Positions 34,036 to 45,386 are shown, counted from the stretch's first letter. The stretch: DNA of 64,000 nt from an uncultured Chloroflexia bacterium (GCA_963825525.1 CAWGTN010000002.1:1824001-1888000), one strand, 5' to 3'. Numbers and translations are program-made. The notes: generated from the letters alone by a model not told the origin.

Positions 34036-34651
34036 GCGCCGTCCGCGAGCCGTTCCGCGCGGTGACATCGGCGGTCGTGCCGCTGCCGCGCAACGACATC
34101 GACACCGACCAGATCATCCCGGCGCGCTTCCTGAAGACGATCAACCGCGCCGGCCTCGGCGAGCAGCTGTTCCACGACTGGCGCTATCTCGCCGATGGCT
34201 CGCCGAACCCCGACTTCGTCATCAACCGACCCGAGATGGCCGGGCGATCCGTGCTGGTCGTGGGCGACAACTTCGGCTGCGGCTCGTCCCGCGAGCACGC
34301 GCCGTGGGCCCTCGGCGCGTGGGGCATCCGCGCGGTCATCAGCAGCAGCTTCGCCGACATCTTCCGCAACAACGCCCTGAAGAACGGGCTCCTGCCGATC
34401 GCCGTCTCCCCGGAGGAGCTCGAGCACATCGTGGCCATCGTGCGGGACGATCCGGATGCCGAGGTCACGGTCGACCTCGAGGCGCAGGAGGTGCGGCTGC
34501 CGGATGGCGGGGGCATCGGCTTCACGGTGGACTCGTTCGCGCGCCGCATGATCCTGGACGGGACCGACGAGCTCGGGTACCTGCTGGCCCAGGAGCCGGC
34601 GCTCGAGGCGTACGAGCCGCGCATCCAGCGCGCGTCTCGACCCTCGCCTGA
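34032..34651 (+). CDS. leuD: 3-isopropylmalate dehydratase small subunit (frameshift near 34617)
   Basis: [30 protein letters not shown]. Confidence 0.9.
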
Positions 34652-34677
34652 GGCCCAACCGATCCATCCGGATAGAG

Positions 34678-35509
34678 ATGCGGCCGTCGTCGAGCTGCAC
34701 GACGTCACCGTTCGGCGGCAGCGCCGCGAGATCGTGTCGCACGTCAGCTGGACCATCGGGGATGGCGAGCGCTGGGTCGTCCTCGGTCCGAACGGCGCGG
34801 GAAAGACGACGCTGGTCAGGATCCTCAGCACCTACCTCAGGCCGTCGTCGGGAACGGTTGAGGTCCTGGGCCGCCGCACGGCGCGCACGGACGTGGCGAA
34901 CTGCGGCCCAGGATCGGCTACCTGAGCCCGTCGCTGGCGACCATGGTTCCGCCCGAGCTCACGCCGCGCCAGATCGTCGACGCGGCGCAGGCCGGCGCGG
35001 TGCTGCCGTGGTACGTCGACCCGGGTCGCATCGACCGCGACCTCACGACTCGCGCCCTGGCCGACGCCGGCATGGCCGATGCGCGCGACGCACCGATCGA
35101 GACCTTCTCGTCCGGAGAGCAGCTGCGCGTCCAGCTGGCGCGTGCCCTCGTCACCGATCCGGCGCTGCTGCTCCTGGACGAGCCGATGGCCTCGCTCGAC
35201 ATCGGCGGCCGCGAGGCGCTGGTGGCGACCCTGTCGCGTGTCGCATCGGGCTCGATAGGCGCCGTCGTGGTGGTGCTGCACCGCGTCGAGGACATCCCGC
35301 CGGGCTTCACGCACGCGCTGCTCATGCATGACGCCCGCGTGCTCGCGGCTGGCCCGATCGCCGAGGTCCTGACCGACGAGTCGATGAGCTCGACGTTCGG
35401 GATGTCCCTCCAGATCAGGATCGTTGGGGATCGCCTGGCGACGATGGGGAAGAAGGCAGGGATTGAGTTGACGGGGCCCGCGCCCGCCAACGAGCCGTTG
35501 GGCCGTTAG
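34678..35509 (+). CDS. ABC transporter ATP-binding protein (frameshifted; start approximate)
   Basis: GPNGAGKTT, FSSGE, LLLLDEP, H-loop. Confidence 0.75.
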
Positions 35510-35512
35510 CAG

Positions 35513-36058
35513 GTGGGCCGTGTATATCGATACCTTCCGGCGGAGGGGTACGAGTGGATCGTTCCAGCCACCGACAGCGACTATCAAGTCCTGCGGGCAC
35601 TGGCGTGGCCTCCACCCGCATCAGCGTGGCGACCCATGGCAGTCCGGTCAGTGGGCGTTACCAGTCAGGGGGAGTTGCTCCGTCGCGCAGATCTTCCGTG
35701 GCTTACCTCAAACGTTCCCGCCTGCCGGCCAAGCGCGTGGGAGGCGTTGCGGAATCTGATAGCCGGTGACGCCGAGCCGCTTCCCCTCGTGGGTCCCTCC
35801 GGATCTGGGGAGTTTCTGGCCCTCGGCGTTCGAGTGCTCTCGGAGGCTATCGACATCGGAGCGTCGACGGTCGAGCGGTTTCATTCGGGCCGCCTCCTCG
35901 AAATCAAGGAGCCGGTGTTTGTAGCGAGCAAGATCGACGGCGCTGAGATCTTTCGGCTTGCTGAATTGCCTTCCGGCCCAACCTTTGTCTCGGAGGCATT
36001 CGTACATCTCGTCACCGATACCGGATTGTCAGGACTCTCCCTAAAGGAAGTCGTGTGA
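35513..36058 (+). CDS. Imm11/DUF1629-like immunity protein
   Basis: E.LP, D...S, IFRL, FVSEAF...GLSG pattern recognised by eye; lower GC. Confidence 0.55.
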   Translation: MGRVYRYLPAEGYEWIVPATDSDYQVLRALAWPPPASAWRPMAVRSVGVTSQGELLRRADLPWLTSNVPACRPSAWEALRNLIAGDAEPLPLVGPSGSGEFLALGVRVLSEAIDIGASTVERFHSGRLLEIKEPVFVASKIDGAEIFRLAELPSGPTFVSEAFVHLVTDTGLSGLSLKEVV

Positions 36059-36307
36059 CTTGGGGAACACCCCCGTGAGAACGGGCCGGGTGCCCCCGGG
36101 TTCGCACGCGGCCGCAGAGGCTGCACCACTACTGCGAGTAGTGGATCGCCGCGCACGCCCATCGGGCACAGGAATGGGTCATGATCTACTCGAACGCCTG
36201 CTACGCGCACGCACCGTTGGCCGAGCTCGGGGCCGCGGCGACACCGCGTCGAGCGACTCAAGGCTATTGCCCGTATGGGGTGCGCATTGGTACGTAGTCC
36301 CGCAAGC

Positions 36308-37102
36308 GTGGTAACCACCCTCCTCGACGACCGCTATGCGCCGATCACATCGTCGATAGGCTTTCTGAAGATGCCGGTGGAGGACGCGGCCGAGGCGTTG
36401 GCCGCCTGGAGACGCTCACTTGCGCCGCCCGTCTCGATCGAGCCGCTCGACCACTCACTCGAGGATGCGCTGCGCCAGCTCGATCCGCTCGAGCTCGGCA
36501 ACCGGTCGCGCGAACTGCTTGTTGCGGTGGATGGCGGCTGGACCGCCTACTTCGACTGCCTGGTCTCCGGCACAGACGCGGTGACCGCGATGGGCTTCCT
36601 GGCACAAACGAACCAGTGTGACGCTGCATCCATCACGTCGATTGCCGGCAGCAAGGGGCGGGGCGGTTCGATTAGGTTCGAGATCTACGGCCCCCAGCCC
36701 ACCGAATGGCTGAATCACGTCAGAGCCATCCAGGTTGCCGAAGACGACGGCAGGTGGCGATTCTTCGAGGCCGGACAGCCCCAGCCGTTCGAAGACCTTG
36801 ATGCCTACCGGGCGCGACGTATCAGGGACCGCCTCACGACCGACATGTTGTCCAAGTACTGCGAGGCGCTCGGATTCCGGCCATTCGAGGTGTCGGCGTA
36901 TCGAGAAGCAGTCTTGGTGCGCAGCAATCGGCCCGATGACATCGTTCTGATATCGCTCGAGGATGTCCAGAGGCGGCTGGAGTTGACGCCTAGCCCACCG
37001 GCCATGCTCAACCGTCCGGATGTGCCGGGCGGCCGGGCACTCAGGTGGACTCGAGCAGCCAGTCGATGGCTTCGAGGTAGCCGCGCCAACCCCGACCGAT
37101 GA
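36308..37102 (+). CDS. Hypothetical protein, immunity-like (LLDDRYAPITSSIGFL...WTAYFD...QPFED...Y..RRIRDR)
   Basis: Long ORF with globular composition; tail runs into the aroQ remnant; start uncertain. Confidence 0.55.
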   Translation: MVTTLLDDRYAPITSSIGFLKMPVEDAAEALAAWRRSLAPPVSIEPLDHSLEDALRQLDPLELGNRSRELLVAVDGGWTAYFDCLVSGTDAVTAMGFLAQTNQCDAASITSIAGSKGRGGSIRFEIYGPQPTEWLNHVRAIQVAEDDGRWRFFEAGQPQPFEDLDAYRARRIRDRLTTDMLSKYCEALGFRPFEVSAYREAVLVRSNRPDDIVLISLEDVQRRLELTPSPPAMLNRPDVPGGRALRWTRAASRWLRGSRANPDR

Positions 37103-37163
37103 CCTGGTGCGCGGTGGCCGGTGCCGTGGCGGAGACCCGGCGCCACGCCTCGCGGGCGGCGAT
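37041..37163 (-). pseudogene. aroQ: Duplicated 3' end of aroQ (40 codons plus stop)
   Basis: IAAREAWRRVSATAPATAHQVIGRGWRGYLEAIDWLLEST*, 35/40 identical to the product of 37777-37899. Confidence 0.9.
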
Positions 37164-37249
37164 GCCGTCAAATGCATCCGTAGACAGTCTGCGCCTCCCT
37201 CCACCCACCACGATCCGAGATCCCGGCTCAGCGGCCCTAGTATTGCTCC

Positions 37250-37723
37250 ATGAACGCCATCGTTAACGCGGCAATGGCTGGATCGATCGGCGTGTTGTCG
37301 ATAGCGATGGCGATTGCCTTCAAGAGAGGGCGGGCACGCCGACTCGCCTTCGCGTATTGGGACCCCACGATCCCCTGGTACATCCGGAATGCAGTCTTCG
37401 GGTTTGCGCCGACTGGGGTCGCCGCCCTCGCCGCGGCTGTTATTGGGCTGGCAGGAACCACGGATACGCTGACTGGAGCGTTTGTGGCCCTCCCATTCAT
37501 TCTTTCGCTGGGGCCCGTGTTCCTCCTGGTCATTTTGTGGGCACGACGCCCGCCCGACTTCCTCAAGCCGGATTGGCTACGAGCGGAAGAGGCCGTCCGC
37601 GGCGGGCAGCCATCGACAACCGGCGCAGCACGCTGGATTGACCGCACCGCACTGCTACTTGGAATAGTGGCTGCGGCAATTGTCGCGCTAGGTTTTCCGT
37701 TCCTTCTGCTCTACCGACCCTAA
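37250..37723 (+). CDS. Hypothetical membrane protein (about 4 TM helices)
   Basis: Hydrophobic segments; TAGTAT 6 nt before ATG; lower GC. Confidence 0.65.
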   Translation: MNAIVNAAMAGSIGVLSIAMAIAFKRGRARRLAFAYWDPTIPWYIRNAVFGFAPTGVAALAAAVIGLAGTTDTLTGAFVALPFILSLGPVFLLVILWARRPPDFLKPDWLRAEEAVRGGQPSTTGAARWIDRTALLLGIVAAAIVALGFPFLLLYRP

Positions 37724-37776
37724 CAATGGTGGAACGCACCACTAACTGAGCGTAAGCATCGGCGCGGGCTGATGAC

Positions 37777-38199
37777 TCAGGTCGAAGCGATGAGCCAGTC
37801 GATGGCTTCGAGGTAGCCGCGCCAGCCGCGGCCGATGACCTGGTGCGCGGTGGCGGGGGCCGTCACCGAGACCCGGCGCCAGGGCTCACGGGCGGTGATG
37901 TCGCTGATGTGGACCTCGACGGCCGGGCGACCCGATCCGCGCAGGGCGTCGTGGAGCGCATACGAGGTATGCGACAGCGCGCCGAAGTTGCAGATGACGG
38001 CGTCGTAGTCGAGCTGCTCGAGCCGATCGATGAGCGCGCCCTCGTGGTTCGATTGGAACGCATCGAGCAGGGAGCCGCGCTCCAGCGCATGGGCGCGCGC
38101 CGACTCCACGATCTCCTCGAGGGTGGTCGTACCGTAGATCTCCGGCTCGCGGCGCCCGAGCGTGCCGAGGTTCGGGCCGTTGAGGACCAGGATCTTCAT
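37777..38199 (-). CDS. aroQ: Type II 3-dehydroquinate dehydratase
   Basis: LNGPNLGTLGRREPEIYG, QSNHEG, EVHIS. Confidence 0.93.
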   Translation of the reverse strand: MKILVLNGPNLGTLGRREPEIYGTTTLEEIVESARAHALERGSLLDAFQSNHEGALIDRLEQLDYDAVICNFGALSHTSYALHDALRGSGRPAVEVHISDITAREPWRRVSVTAPATAHQVIGRGWRGYLEAIDWLIAST

Positions 38200-38203
38200 C
38201 GGC

Positions 38204-39059
38204 TCATTCTCCTCCGGCCACGCCGAACGAGCCCAGCACCCGCATCGAGCTGGTGTGCTGACGCAGCCCCGGCAGGGCCGATGCGAGTGGATCCGACGCG
38301 GCGTCGCCGGAGACCTGGACCAGGAATCGATACCGCCACGGCCCGCTGCCCGACGGCCGAGACTCGATGCGGCTGAGGTTGATCCCCGCGTCGGCGAGCG
38401 AGCCCAGCGCGCGGTACAGGTCGCCAGGCGTGTGGCCCGTCTCGAAGGTGATGAGCGTCTCCCGCGCGGCGTCCTCCGCCGGTGCGAGGGAGCCCGCGGC
38501 TTCGATCTGGCCGCCGTCATCGCGCCGAAGAACGGCGAAGCGCGTCATGTTGTGGGCGGCATCCTGGATGTCCGTCGCCGCGATCTCGAGCCCGTAGCGC
38601 TCGGCAGCGCGGGCCGATGCGATGGCCGCCGGAGCCGCGCTCGCCGCTCGCCGCCAGCTCCCGGGCCGCTCCCGCGGTGTCGGCCGCCGGGACGACATCC
38701 CAACCACGGTCGGAGAGGAAGCGCTCGCATTGCGAGAGTGCCTGCCAGTGGCTGCTCACCCTCCGGATCGCCCCGATCTCGACGCCCGGCAGGACGAGCA
38801 GCTGATGACGGATCGGCAGCAGCAGCTCACCGACCACGCGCAGCTCTCCATCGGCGAGCGCATCGAGCGCGTCGCCGACGGTGCCGGCCAGCGAGTTCTC
38901 GAGTGGCAGGACGCCGGCATCGGTCGTTCCATCCTCGACGGCGCCGCACACCGCCGAGAAGGTCGGCATCGGCATCGGCGTGGCGTCATCACCGAACCAG
39001 CCGACGACCGCCTCCTCGCCGAAGGCTCCCGGCTCGCCCTGGTAGGCCACCGTGGTCAT
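38204..39059 (-). CDS. pheA: Prephenate dehydratase (frameshift near 38630)
   Basis: AYQGEPGAF, PLENS, SHWQALSQC, NMTRF, NLSRIESRP. Confidence 0.9.
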
Positions 39060-40626
39060 GCGGCGATCGTCCGCAGCCCGAGCGTCGATCTCGGCGTCGG
39101 TGACGTCGTCCACCTCGCTCACCCGGCCGATCTCCATCGGCAGGATCCAGCGCTGGCGGCCGGCGTGGCGCTTCTTGTCGCCGAGCATGGCCGCGCGGAC
39201 GGCCGCCGGGTCGAACGTCCGGCGCAGTGCGAAGCCCAGCCCGTCGAGCAGCGAGTCAAGGCGATCCGCGAGCTGCGGATCCCCGCCACGGCCGGCGGCG
39301 ATGGCAGCCACCGCCCGCAGCCCGAGGGCGACGGCGGCGCCGTGCGAGAGCCCATAGCCGGACTCGATCTCGACGCCGTGGCCGATGGTGTGGCCCAGGT
39401 TCAGCGTGCGACGCTCGCCATCCTCGTACGGGTCGCGGTCGCACACGCCGAGCTTCAGGCGCGCGCTGCGCTCGATGATCGCGAAGCGAGCCGGCTCGTC
39501 GGTACGAAGGGCCGCCGCCCCCCGGTCCTCGATGAGCCGCCACAGCGCCGGATCGCCGATGAGCGACGACTTCACCGATTCCGCCATGCCGTCCCGGCGC
39601 TGGCCGATCGGCAGCGAGCGCAACGTCGCCACGTCCGAGATCACCGCGACCGGCGGCCAGAACGCGCCGACCGCGTTCTTCGCATCGCCAAGGTCGACCG
39701 CCACCTTGCCGCCGATGGCGCTGTCGGCCTGCGCCAGCCACGTGGTCGGCACCTGGATGAGCGGGATGCCGCGGGCATACAGCGCGGCCGCGGTCCCGGC
39801 GAGGTCGCCGATGGTTCCGCCGCCGACCGCCAGGAGGGGCACTCGAGCGCTCCACGCGATGCTTCACCAGCCACTCGAGGATGCGCTCCAGGGAACCGAT
39901 GCGTTTCGCACGCTCCCCACCCCGGATCGGGAGCATGGTTCGCGTTCCGAGCTGCCTGACGAGGCCCGGGAGCAGGTCCAGCAGCCGCCGATCCAGGACG
40001 ACCACGCCGTCCGGGACATCGTCGAGCTCCACGCCCATGACCACGCGGGCCATTGGCGCACCCATCGGGTGATGACGCGGGACTTCGGCGTCGAGCAGGC
40101 GGCGGGCCGACGTGACCCGCATACCGTTCATGACCTCGGTCGCCAGCGAATCAGGCGTTCCGCCCGCCTCGATGCGGAGGTCGGCGGCCCGATAGACGGC
40201 CGATCGACTGGCCAGGACCGCTGACGTCCGTTCGGTCGAGTACGGCTGGAGGGTGGGGCGTGCAACGCCGTCGGATCGCAGGCGCTCGTTCAGCCGTTCG
40301 GGGTCCAGGTCGAGCCATGCCACCGTGCCGTGCTGCCACAGCGCCCATCGGTTGAGGGGGTCCAGCGCGGCGCCACCGCCGGTCGAGATGATGGCGCCCG
40401 GCGTGGCGCATGCCTCGCGCACAGCCTCGGACTCCTCGACGCGGAACGCGGCCTCGCCGTGCCGTTCGATGTACGCGGGCACGGGCATGCCGATCCGTCG
40501 CTCGGCGAGCTCATCGGTGTCGAGATGGGGGACGCCCAGCCGCTGCGCCACGAGCTGGCCGACGGTCGACTTTCCGCTGCCCGGCATGCCGACCAGGACG
40601 ATGCCCGAGCGGTCCGGCTCAGACAT
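39056..40626 (-). CDS. aroKB: Bifunctional shikimate kinase / 3-dehydroquinate synthase (frameshifted)
   Basis: GMPGSGKST, GEAAFR, STGGG, then GGGTIGD, PTTWLAQADSAIGGK, LNLGHTIGH. Confidence 0.85.
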
Positions 40627-41380
40627 CGGCCCCGGGACCCAGCTCCGTCCGCAGTGCGGCTCGCATGGCATCGATGGGCGCTTCGCGCTCGGCCCAGATC
40701 GAGAAGCTGAGCGCTGCCTGACGCAGCAGCATGCCCGCGCCGCCCCGGGCTCGGGCACCGATCTCGCGGGCGTCTCGCACCAGGCGTGACGGACTCGGCC
40801 GATACACGAGGTCGAGCACGGCCATCTCGCGTCGCAGGAGCGCAGCCGGCACAGGGGTCTCGTCGGCATCGGTGCCGATCGGCGTCGCGTTGATCAGCAG
40901 ATCCGCGGTCACCAGCGCCCCGGGCAGGCTCGCCCAGCGCGAGCGGTCGAGGACCAGGATCTCGTGGCAGCCCTCGGCGCGAAGCGCATCGGCGGCGGCG
41001 CGAGAGGCGCCACCAGCACCCAGGATCACGGCTCGGCGAATTCCCGGCGGCAGCTCACCGCGCAGGGCGGCGAGGTCGGTGTTGTGGGCCACCAGCCGGT
41101 CGTCATAGCGGACGATCGTGTTCGCCGCCCCCAGGCGCTTCACCTCGGGACCGAGCTCGTCGACCAGCGCGCAGACCGCCATCTTGTATGGCTTCGTGAC
41201 GTTGGCGCCGATGCGGTCGCCGGCCCGCAGCGCGGCCACCTCATCGGCGAGCTCGTGCGGCTCGACGTCGCGCAGCTCGTAGCGGGCATCGGCCCCGATC
41301 GCGTCGAACGCGGCGTTGTGCATCGCGGGCGACGCGGAGTAGCCGATGCCCTGGCCGAGCAGGACCGCCAGCGCCGTCAC
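40619..41380 (-). CDS. aroE: Shikimate dehydrogenase
   Basis: SASPAMHN, NVTKPYK, ANT, HNTD, GAGGA, DLVY. Confidence 0.9.
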   Translation of the reverse strand: MTALAVLLGQGIGYSASPAMHNAAFDAIGADARYELRDVEPHELADEVAALRAGDRIGANVTKPYKMAVCALVDELGPEVKRLGAANTIVRYDDRLVAHNTDLAALRGELPPGIRRAVILGAGGASRAAADALRAEGCHEILVLDRSRWASLPGALVTADLLINATPIGTDADETPVPAALLRREMAVLDLVYRPSPSRLVRDAREIGARARGGAGMLLRQAALSFSIWAEREAPIDAMRAALRTELGPGADV

Positions 41381-42576
41381 GCCGTGGAGCCCGGGCCGCG
41401 CGTGCGGCGACGGCGGCGGGACACGGCGGCCCGCAGATCGCCGATCGTGTCACCACCGAAGGAGTAGAGCAGCTCGTCGGCCAGGACCAGGGCCACCATC
41501 GCCTCGCCCACGATCGCCGCGCGCGGCAGGACGGTGACGTCACTGCGCTCGATGTGCGCGCGGCCGCTCTGGCCGGTCGTCATGTCGAGTGAGGGGAGCG
41601 GGGTCCGGAGCGTGGAGACCGGCTTCTGGGCGACACGGACCACGATCGGCTCGCCATTGCTGATGCCGCCCTCGATGCCCCCGGCGCGGTTCGTCCGGCG
41701 ATCCCAGCCGGAGCCCGCAGCGTCGACCACGTCATGGACGGTGCTCCCACGACGATCGACCGTGCCGAATCCGAGCCCGATCTCCACGCCCTTCACTCCC
41801 GGGATCGCCATCGTGGCGCCGGCCAGCAGGCCGTCGAGACGCGTGTCCCACTCGGACGACGAGCCCAGGCCGATCGGGGTGCCTTCGACCACGACCACGA
41901 ACGAGCCGCCGATCGAGTCGCCGGCCTCCTTTGCCGCGTCCACCTCGGCCAGCATGGCGCGCTCCGCTTCCGGGTCCGGGCAGCGGAGCGGGGAGGGATC
42001 GGCCAGGTCGCGATCGGCCCAGCCGTCGGGAATGGCGGCCAGGACGTCATCGGCGTCGGGAAAGGCCCGGATCGGCCCGAGCTGGTCCACGAAGCTCCAG
42101 ATGCGCACGCCGCAGGTGAGGAGCAACTGGCGCGCCAGCGAGCCAGCCACGACCCGCGGGGTGGTCGACCGTGCGGAGGCCCGCTCGAGCACGTTTCGGA
42201 CGTCGTCGGTGTCGTACTTCAGGGCGCCGGCCAGGTCGATGTGCCCGGGTCTGGCACGGGTGATCGCCTTCGGGCGTCGGGCAGCCGGGATCGGCTCCAC
42301 CGACATCCGGTCCAGCCAGTTGGCCCAGTCGCGGTTCTCGATGCTGAACCCGACCGGGGAGCCGAGCGTCCGCCCGTATCGGATGCCGGCGGTCCACTGC
42401 ACGCGATCCCGCTCGATCTGCATCCGCTTCCCGCTGCCGTAGCCGTGCTGGCGCCGCCGCAGGTCAAGGTCGACACCGCGCGTGCTGACCCGCATCCCGG
42501 CCGGCAGCCCCTCGAGAATGCCGGATAGCCCGGGGCCGTGCGACTCGCCACTGGTCAGCAGGCGCAGGCGGCGCAT
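41377..42576 (-). CDS. aroC: Chorismate synthase
   Basis: GESHG, RPGH.D, ERASAR, GGIEGGISNG, ERSD. Confidence 0.95.
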   Translation of the reverse strand: MRRLRLLTSGESHGPGLSGILEGLPAGMRVSTRGVDLDLRRRQHGYGSGKRMQIERDRVQWTAGIRYGRTLGSPVGFSIENRDWANWLDRMSVEPIPAARRPKAITRARPGHIDLAGALKYDTDDVRNVLERASARSTTPRVVAGSLARQLLLTCGVRIWSFVDQLGPIRAFPDADDVLAAIPDGWADRDLADPSPLRCPDPEAERAMLAEVDAAKEAGDSIGGSFVVVVEGTPIGLGSSSEWDTRLDGLLAGATMAIPGVKGVEIGLGFGTVDRRGSTVHDVVDAAGSGWDRRTNRAGGIEGGISNGEPIVVRVAQKPVSTLRTPLPSLDMTTGQSGRAHIERSDVTVLPRAAIVGEAMVALVLADELLYSFGGDTIGDLRAAVSRRRRRTRGPGSTA

Positions 42577-43862
42577 CAGCTCGTCACCGTGGCCAGGTCG
42601 TCCCAGAACGTCGGGTACGAGACGGCGGCGCAGTCCGGGTCGTCGAGCGTGACCCCGGCCGCGATTCCGGTGACCGCCGCCACGGCGAACGCAATGGCGA
42701 TCCGATGATCGCCGTGGGTTCGGACCTCGGCCTCCGCCGGCGTGCCACGGCTCACCCGCCAGCCATTGTCCAGCTCCTCCACGTTGGCGCCGATGGCGCG
42801 CAGGCCCTCGACCACGGCGCCGATGCGATCGGTCTCCTTCACGCGCAGCTCGTCGGCGTCACGCAGCTCCGAGGGCTCCGCGACCGATGCCATGGCGATC
42901 GCCACCAGGGGCAGCTCGTCGATGAGCTCGGCCACCTGCGCGCCATGGATGGTCACCGCTTCGAGCGGCCGCCCGCCGCGAACCACGACCTCGCCGATCG
43001 GCTCCGGGCCAGCAACGTCGATGATCCGCGTCTCGATCTGCACGCCCATCCGCTGCAGCAGGCCGATGAGCGCGAGCCGGGTCGGATTGAGCCCAACGCG
43101 CTCCATGTGGATCTCGGCATCGGGGTGCAGCGCCGCCGCAACCAGCCATGCGGAGGCGGCCGATGGATCACCCGGCACCTCGAGCTCGAACGGGCGCGGT
43201 CGCGCCGGGCCGGTGAGCTCGGTGATGGCGCCCGCTCGTCGGATGGGGACGCCCATCCAGGCCAGCATGCGTTCGGTGTGGTCGCGGGTCGGCCCTGGCG
43301 TCTCGATACTGGTCTCGCCCGCCGCGCTCAGCCCCGCCAGGACACACGCGCCCAGCAGCTGGGCGCTCGCGACCGACAGCCGATGGGTGACGGCGCCCGG
43401 TGACGCACGTCCGACGATCGTGATCGGGGCATGGCCGTCGGTGGTGCTCACTTCCGCACCCGTCTGACGGAGGAGCTCGGCGACGCGCTCCATCGGCCGC
43501 GCGCGGAGCGATGCATCACCGTCGAGCGTGGCCCGCAGCGGCAGTCCGGCCAGCATGCCCGACAGCAGGCGCATGGTGGTGCCGGAGTTGCCGCAGTCGA
43601 GCGCCGCATGGCGCATCGGCCTACCGCGAACCTCCCAGCGATCCTCCGCGGCGAGCTGGATCTCGACACCCAGCTCGCGCAGGCAGCCAATGGTGCTCAG
43701 CACGTCGAGCCCGGGCGTCCGCATCGTCACCGTCGACGGGCCGCCGGAGAGCGCCGCGAAGATGAAGGCGCGGTGCGCTATCGACTTGTCGGGCGGCAGC
43801 GTCAAGGTTCCCCGAAGACGTGCCGCGGGAAGTATCGTCGGCGTGATCGATGCCGGCGTCAC
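42576..43862 (-). CDS. aroA: EPSP synthase
   Basis: [40 protein letters not shown]. Confidence 0.93.
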   Translation of the reverse strand: MTPASITPTILPAARLRGTLTLPPDKSIAHRAFIFAALSGGPSTVTMRTPGLDVLSTIGCLRELGVEIQLAAEDRWEVRGRPMRHAALDCGNSGTTMRLLSGMLAGLPLRATLDGDASLRARPMERVAELLRQTGAEVSTTDGHAPITIVGRASPGAVTHRLSVASAQLLGACVLAGLSAAGETSIETPGPTRDHTERMLAWMGVPIRRAGAITELTGPARPRPFELEVPGDPSAASAWLVAAALHPDAEIHMERVGLNPTRLALIGLLQRMGVQIETRIIDVAGPEPIGEVVVRGGRPLEAVTIHGAQVAELIDELPLVAIAMASVAEPSELRDADELRVKETDRIGAVVEGLRAIGANVEELDNGWRVSRGTPAEAEVRTHGDHRIAIAFAVAAVTGIAAGVTLDDPDCAAVSYPTFWDDLATVTS

Positions 43863-45202
43863 CGTGCGCTTCCGGCCGTGGCCGCTTCCGCTTCGGTCAC
43901 GGACTGGGCGTGGCGGCGCTGGACCGAGCGCGATGCGCGGAGCAGCGCGTCGAACACGAGCGTGAGCTCCACCGGCGTCATCGGGCCGGACGTGCCACCG
44001 GCGGCGCGCTCGAGAAGCGCCCGTTCCCGCCGCGGGTCGTGGCCATGCGCCCCCGGCGCGCGGCGTCGCTGGACCTCGAGAGCCAGGGCCGCCCGCTCCT
44101 GGACCATCTCGGCCAGCCGAGCGTCGAGGTCGTCGATCCGATCGCGCACGTCGTCGATTCCATCGGCCGCGGTCGAGGCGGCGGTCACCGCCTGGCTCTC
44201 CGGGGCGCGAACGAACTGGAGGCGCCGAAGCTCGTCCATCAGGCCGCCGAACTCGTCGAAGTTGAGGCTCTGGTCGCCGTCCGATCGGGCATTGGCCGGG
44301 TCCGGGTGGACCTCGATGATCAGCCCGTCCGCGCCGACTGCGGCGCCGGCCAGTGCCATCGGTCCAACGAGCGCGCGATGGCCCGTGCCGTGGCTGGGGT
44401 CGACGATGATCGGCAGGTGGGTCAGGCTCCGCAGAACGGGCACGGCTGACAGGTCGAGCGTGTTGCGCGTTGCCGTCTCGAACGTCCGGATGCCGCGCTC
44501 GCACAGGATCACGTTCGGGTTGCCGGCCGACAGGATGTACTCGGCGGCAAGCAGCCACTCCTCGATGGTCGCGCTGAGCCCACGCTTGAGCAGCACGGGG
44601 CGGCGGCTCTGGCCCACGGCCTTCAGGAGCACGAAGTTGTGCATGTTGCGCGCGCCGACCTGGAGGATGTCCACGTGCTCCTCGAAGATCGGCACGTCGG
44701 TCGAGTCGACGACCTCGCTGATGACCGGCAGACCGGTCGCCTCGCGCGCCTCGGCGAGCAGCTTGAGGGCGGGGAGACCGAGCCCCTGGAACGAGTACGG
44801 GGAGCTGCGCGGCTTGAAGGCGCCGCCGCGCAGGACGCGCGCGCCCTCGCGGGCAACGCAGCGGGCCGTTTCGAGCAGCTGGTCGCGGGACTCCACCGCG
44901 CACGGGCCGGCCATGACGACCAGCTCCTGGCCCAGCCCGATCTCCACGCCGTTGGCGCGGACCCTGGTGCGCTCACCGGGCTCCTGCATGCTCGCGAGCT
45001 TGTATGGCGAGCTGACCCGGATCACCTGGTCGACGCCCGGCAGCGTTCCGAGGTGGCTGATCCGCTCGACGTCGCCCACCACTCCGATGACGGTCCGCTC
45101 CTCGCCCTCGCTGAGGAAGGCTTCGAGGCCGTTCTCCTCGACGGTGCGTTTCACGCCGTCGATCTCTTCTCGCGTCGCCGTCGGACGCATCACCACGATC
45201 AT
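43859..45202 (-). CDS. aroF: DAHP synthase type I-beta with N-terminal ACT-like domain and C-terminal chorismate mutase domain
   Basis: MIVVM...ERTVIG; [24 protein letters not shown]; tail RDRIDDLD...ER...DPRRE...SRSVQ. Confidence 0.9.
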   Translation of the reverse strand: MIVVMRPTATREEIDGVKRTVEENGLEAFLSEGEERTVIGVVGDVERISHLGTLPGVDQVIRVSSPYKLASMQEPGERTRVRANGVEIGLGQELVVMAGPCAVESRDQLLETARCVAREGARVLRGGAFKPRSSPYSFQGLGLPALKLLAEAREATGLPVISEVVDSTDVPIFEEHVDILQVGARNMHNFVLLKAVGQSRRPVLLKRGLSATIEEWLLAAEYILSAGNPNVILCERGIRTFETATRNTLDLSAVPVLRSLTHLPIIVDPSHGTGHRALVGPMALAGAAVGADGLIIEVHPDPANARSDGDQSLNFDEFGGLMDELRRLQFVRAPESQAVTAASTAADGIDDVRDRIDDLDARLAEMVQERAALALEVQRRRAPGAHGHDPRRERALLERAAGGTSGPMTPVELTLVFDALLRASRSVQRRHAQSVTEAEAATAGSAR

Positions 45203-45262
45203 TCGGTTGCCGCCTCTCGCTTGTTGCGCCGTTGTTCCGTTGTGCCCCGGCCCGCATCGGGG

Positions 45263-45296
45263 AAACAAAAAACGCAGGAGCTTGCGCTTCCTGCGT
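45263..45296 (-). terminator. Intrinsic terminator in the aro operon leader
   Basis: ACGCAGGAAGC-GCAA-GCTCCTGCGT followed by TTTTTGTTT. Confidence 0.85.
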
Positions 45297-45349
45297 CTGC
45301 GGGCACGAGTGCCTCTGCCGGCGAGATCTACTCGCCTGCCTCGTACCCG

Positions 45350-45376
45350 CTAGCCATAAAACCACATTGCGTTCAT
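45350..45376 (-). CDS. Putative aro operon leader peptide MNAMWFYG
   Basis: ATG AAC GCA ATG TGG TTT TAT GGC TAG between promoter and terminator. Confidence 0.75.
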   Translation of the reverse strand: MNAMWFYG

Positions 45377-45386
45377 TGGTCCGCGG

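Noticed and set aside
33837-34925. LeuD-ABC ATPase fusion
   Set aside because: An alternative frame ends LeuD at 34651 (...[11 protein letters not shown]); likely indel artefact
36060-36314. 84-aa ORF inside the island
   Set aside because: R/A/G-rich, no SD and no motif; could be a degraded remnant
38517-39842. AroB-PheA fusion
   Set aside because: ATGA overlap at 39056-39059 and an off-frame linker indicate two genes
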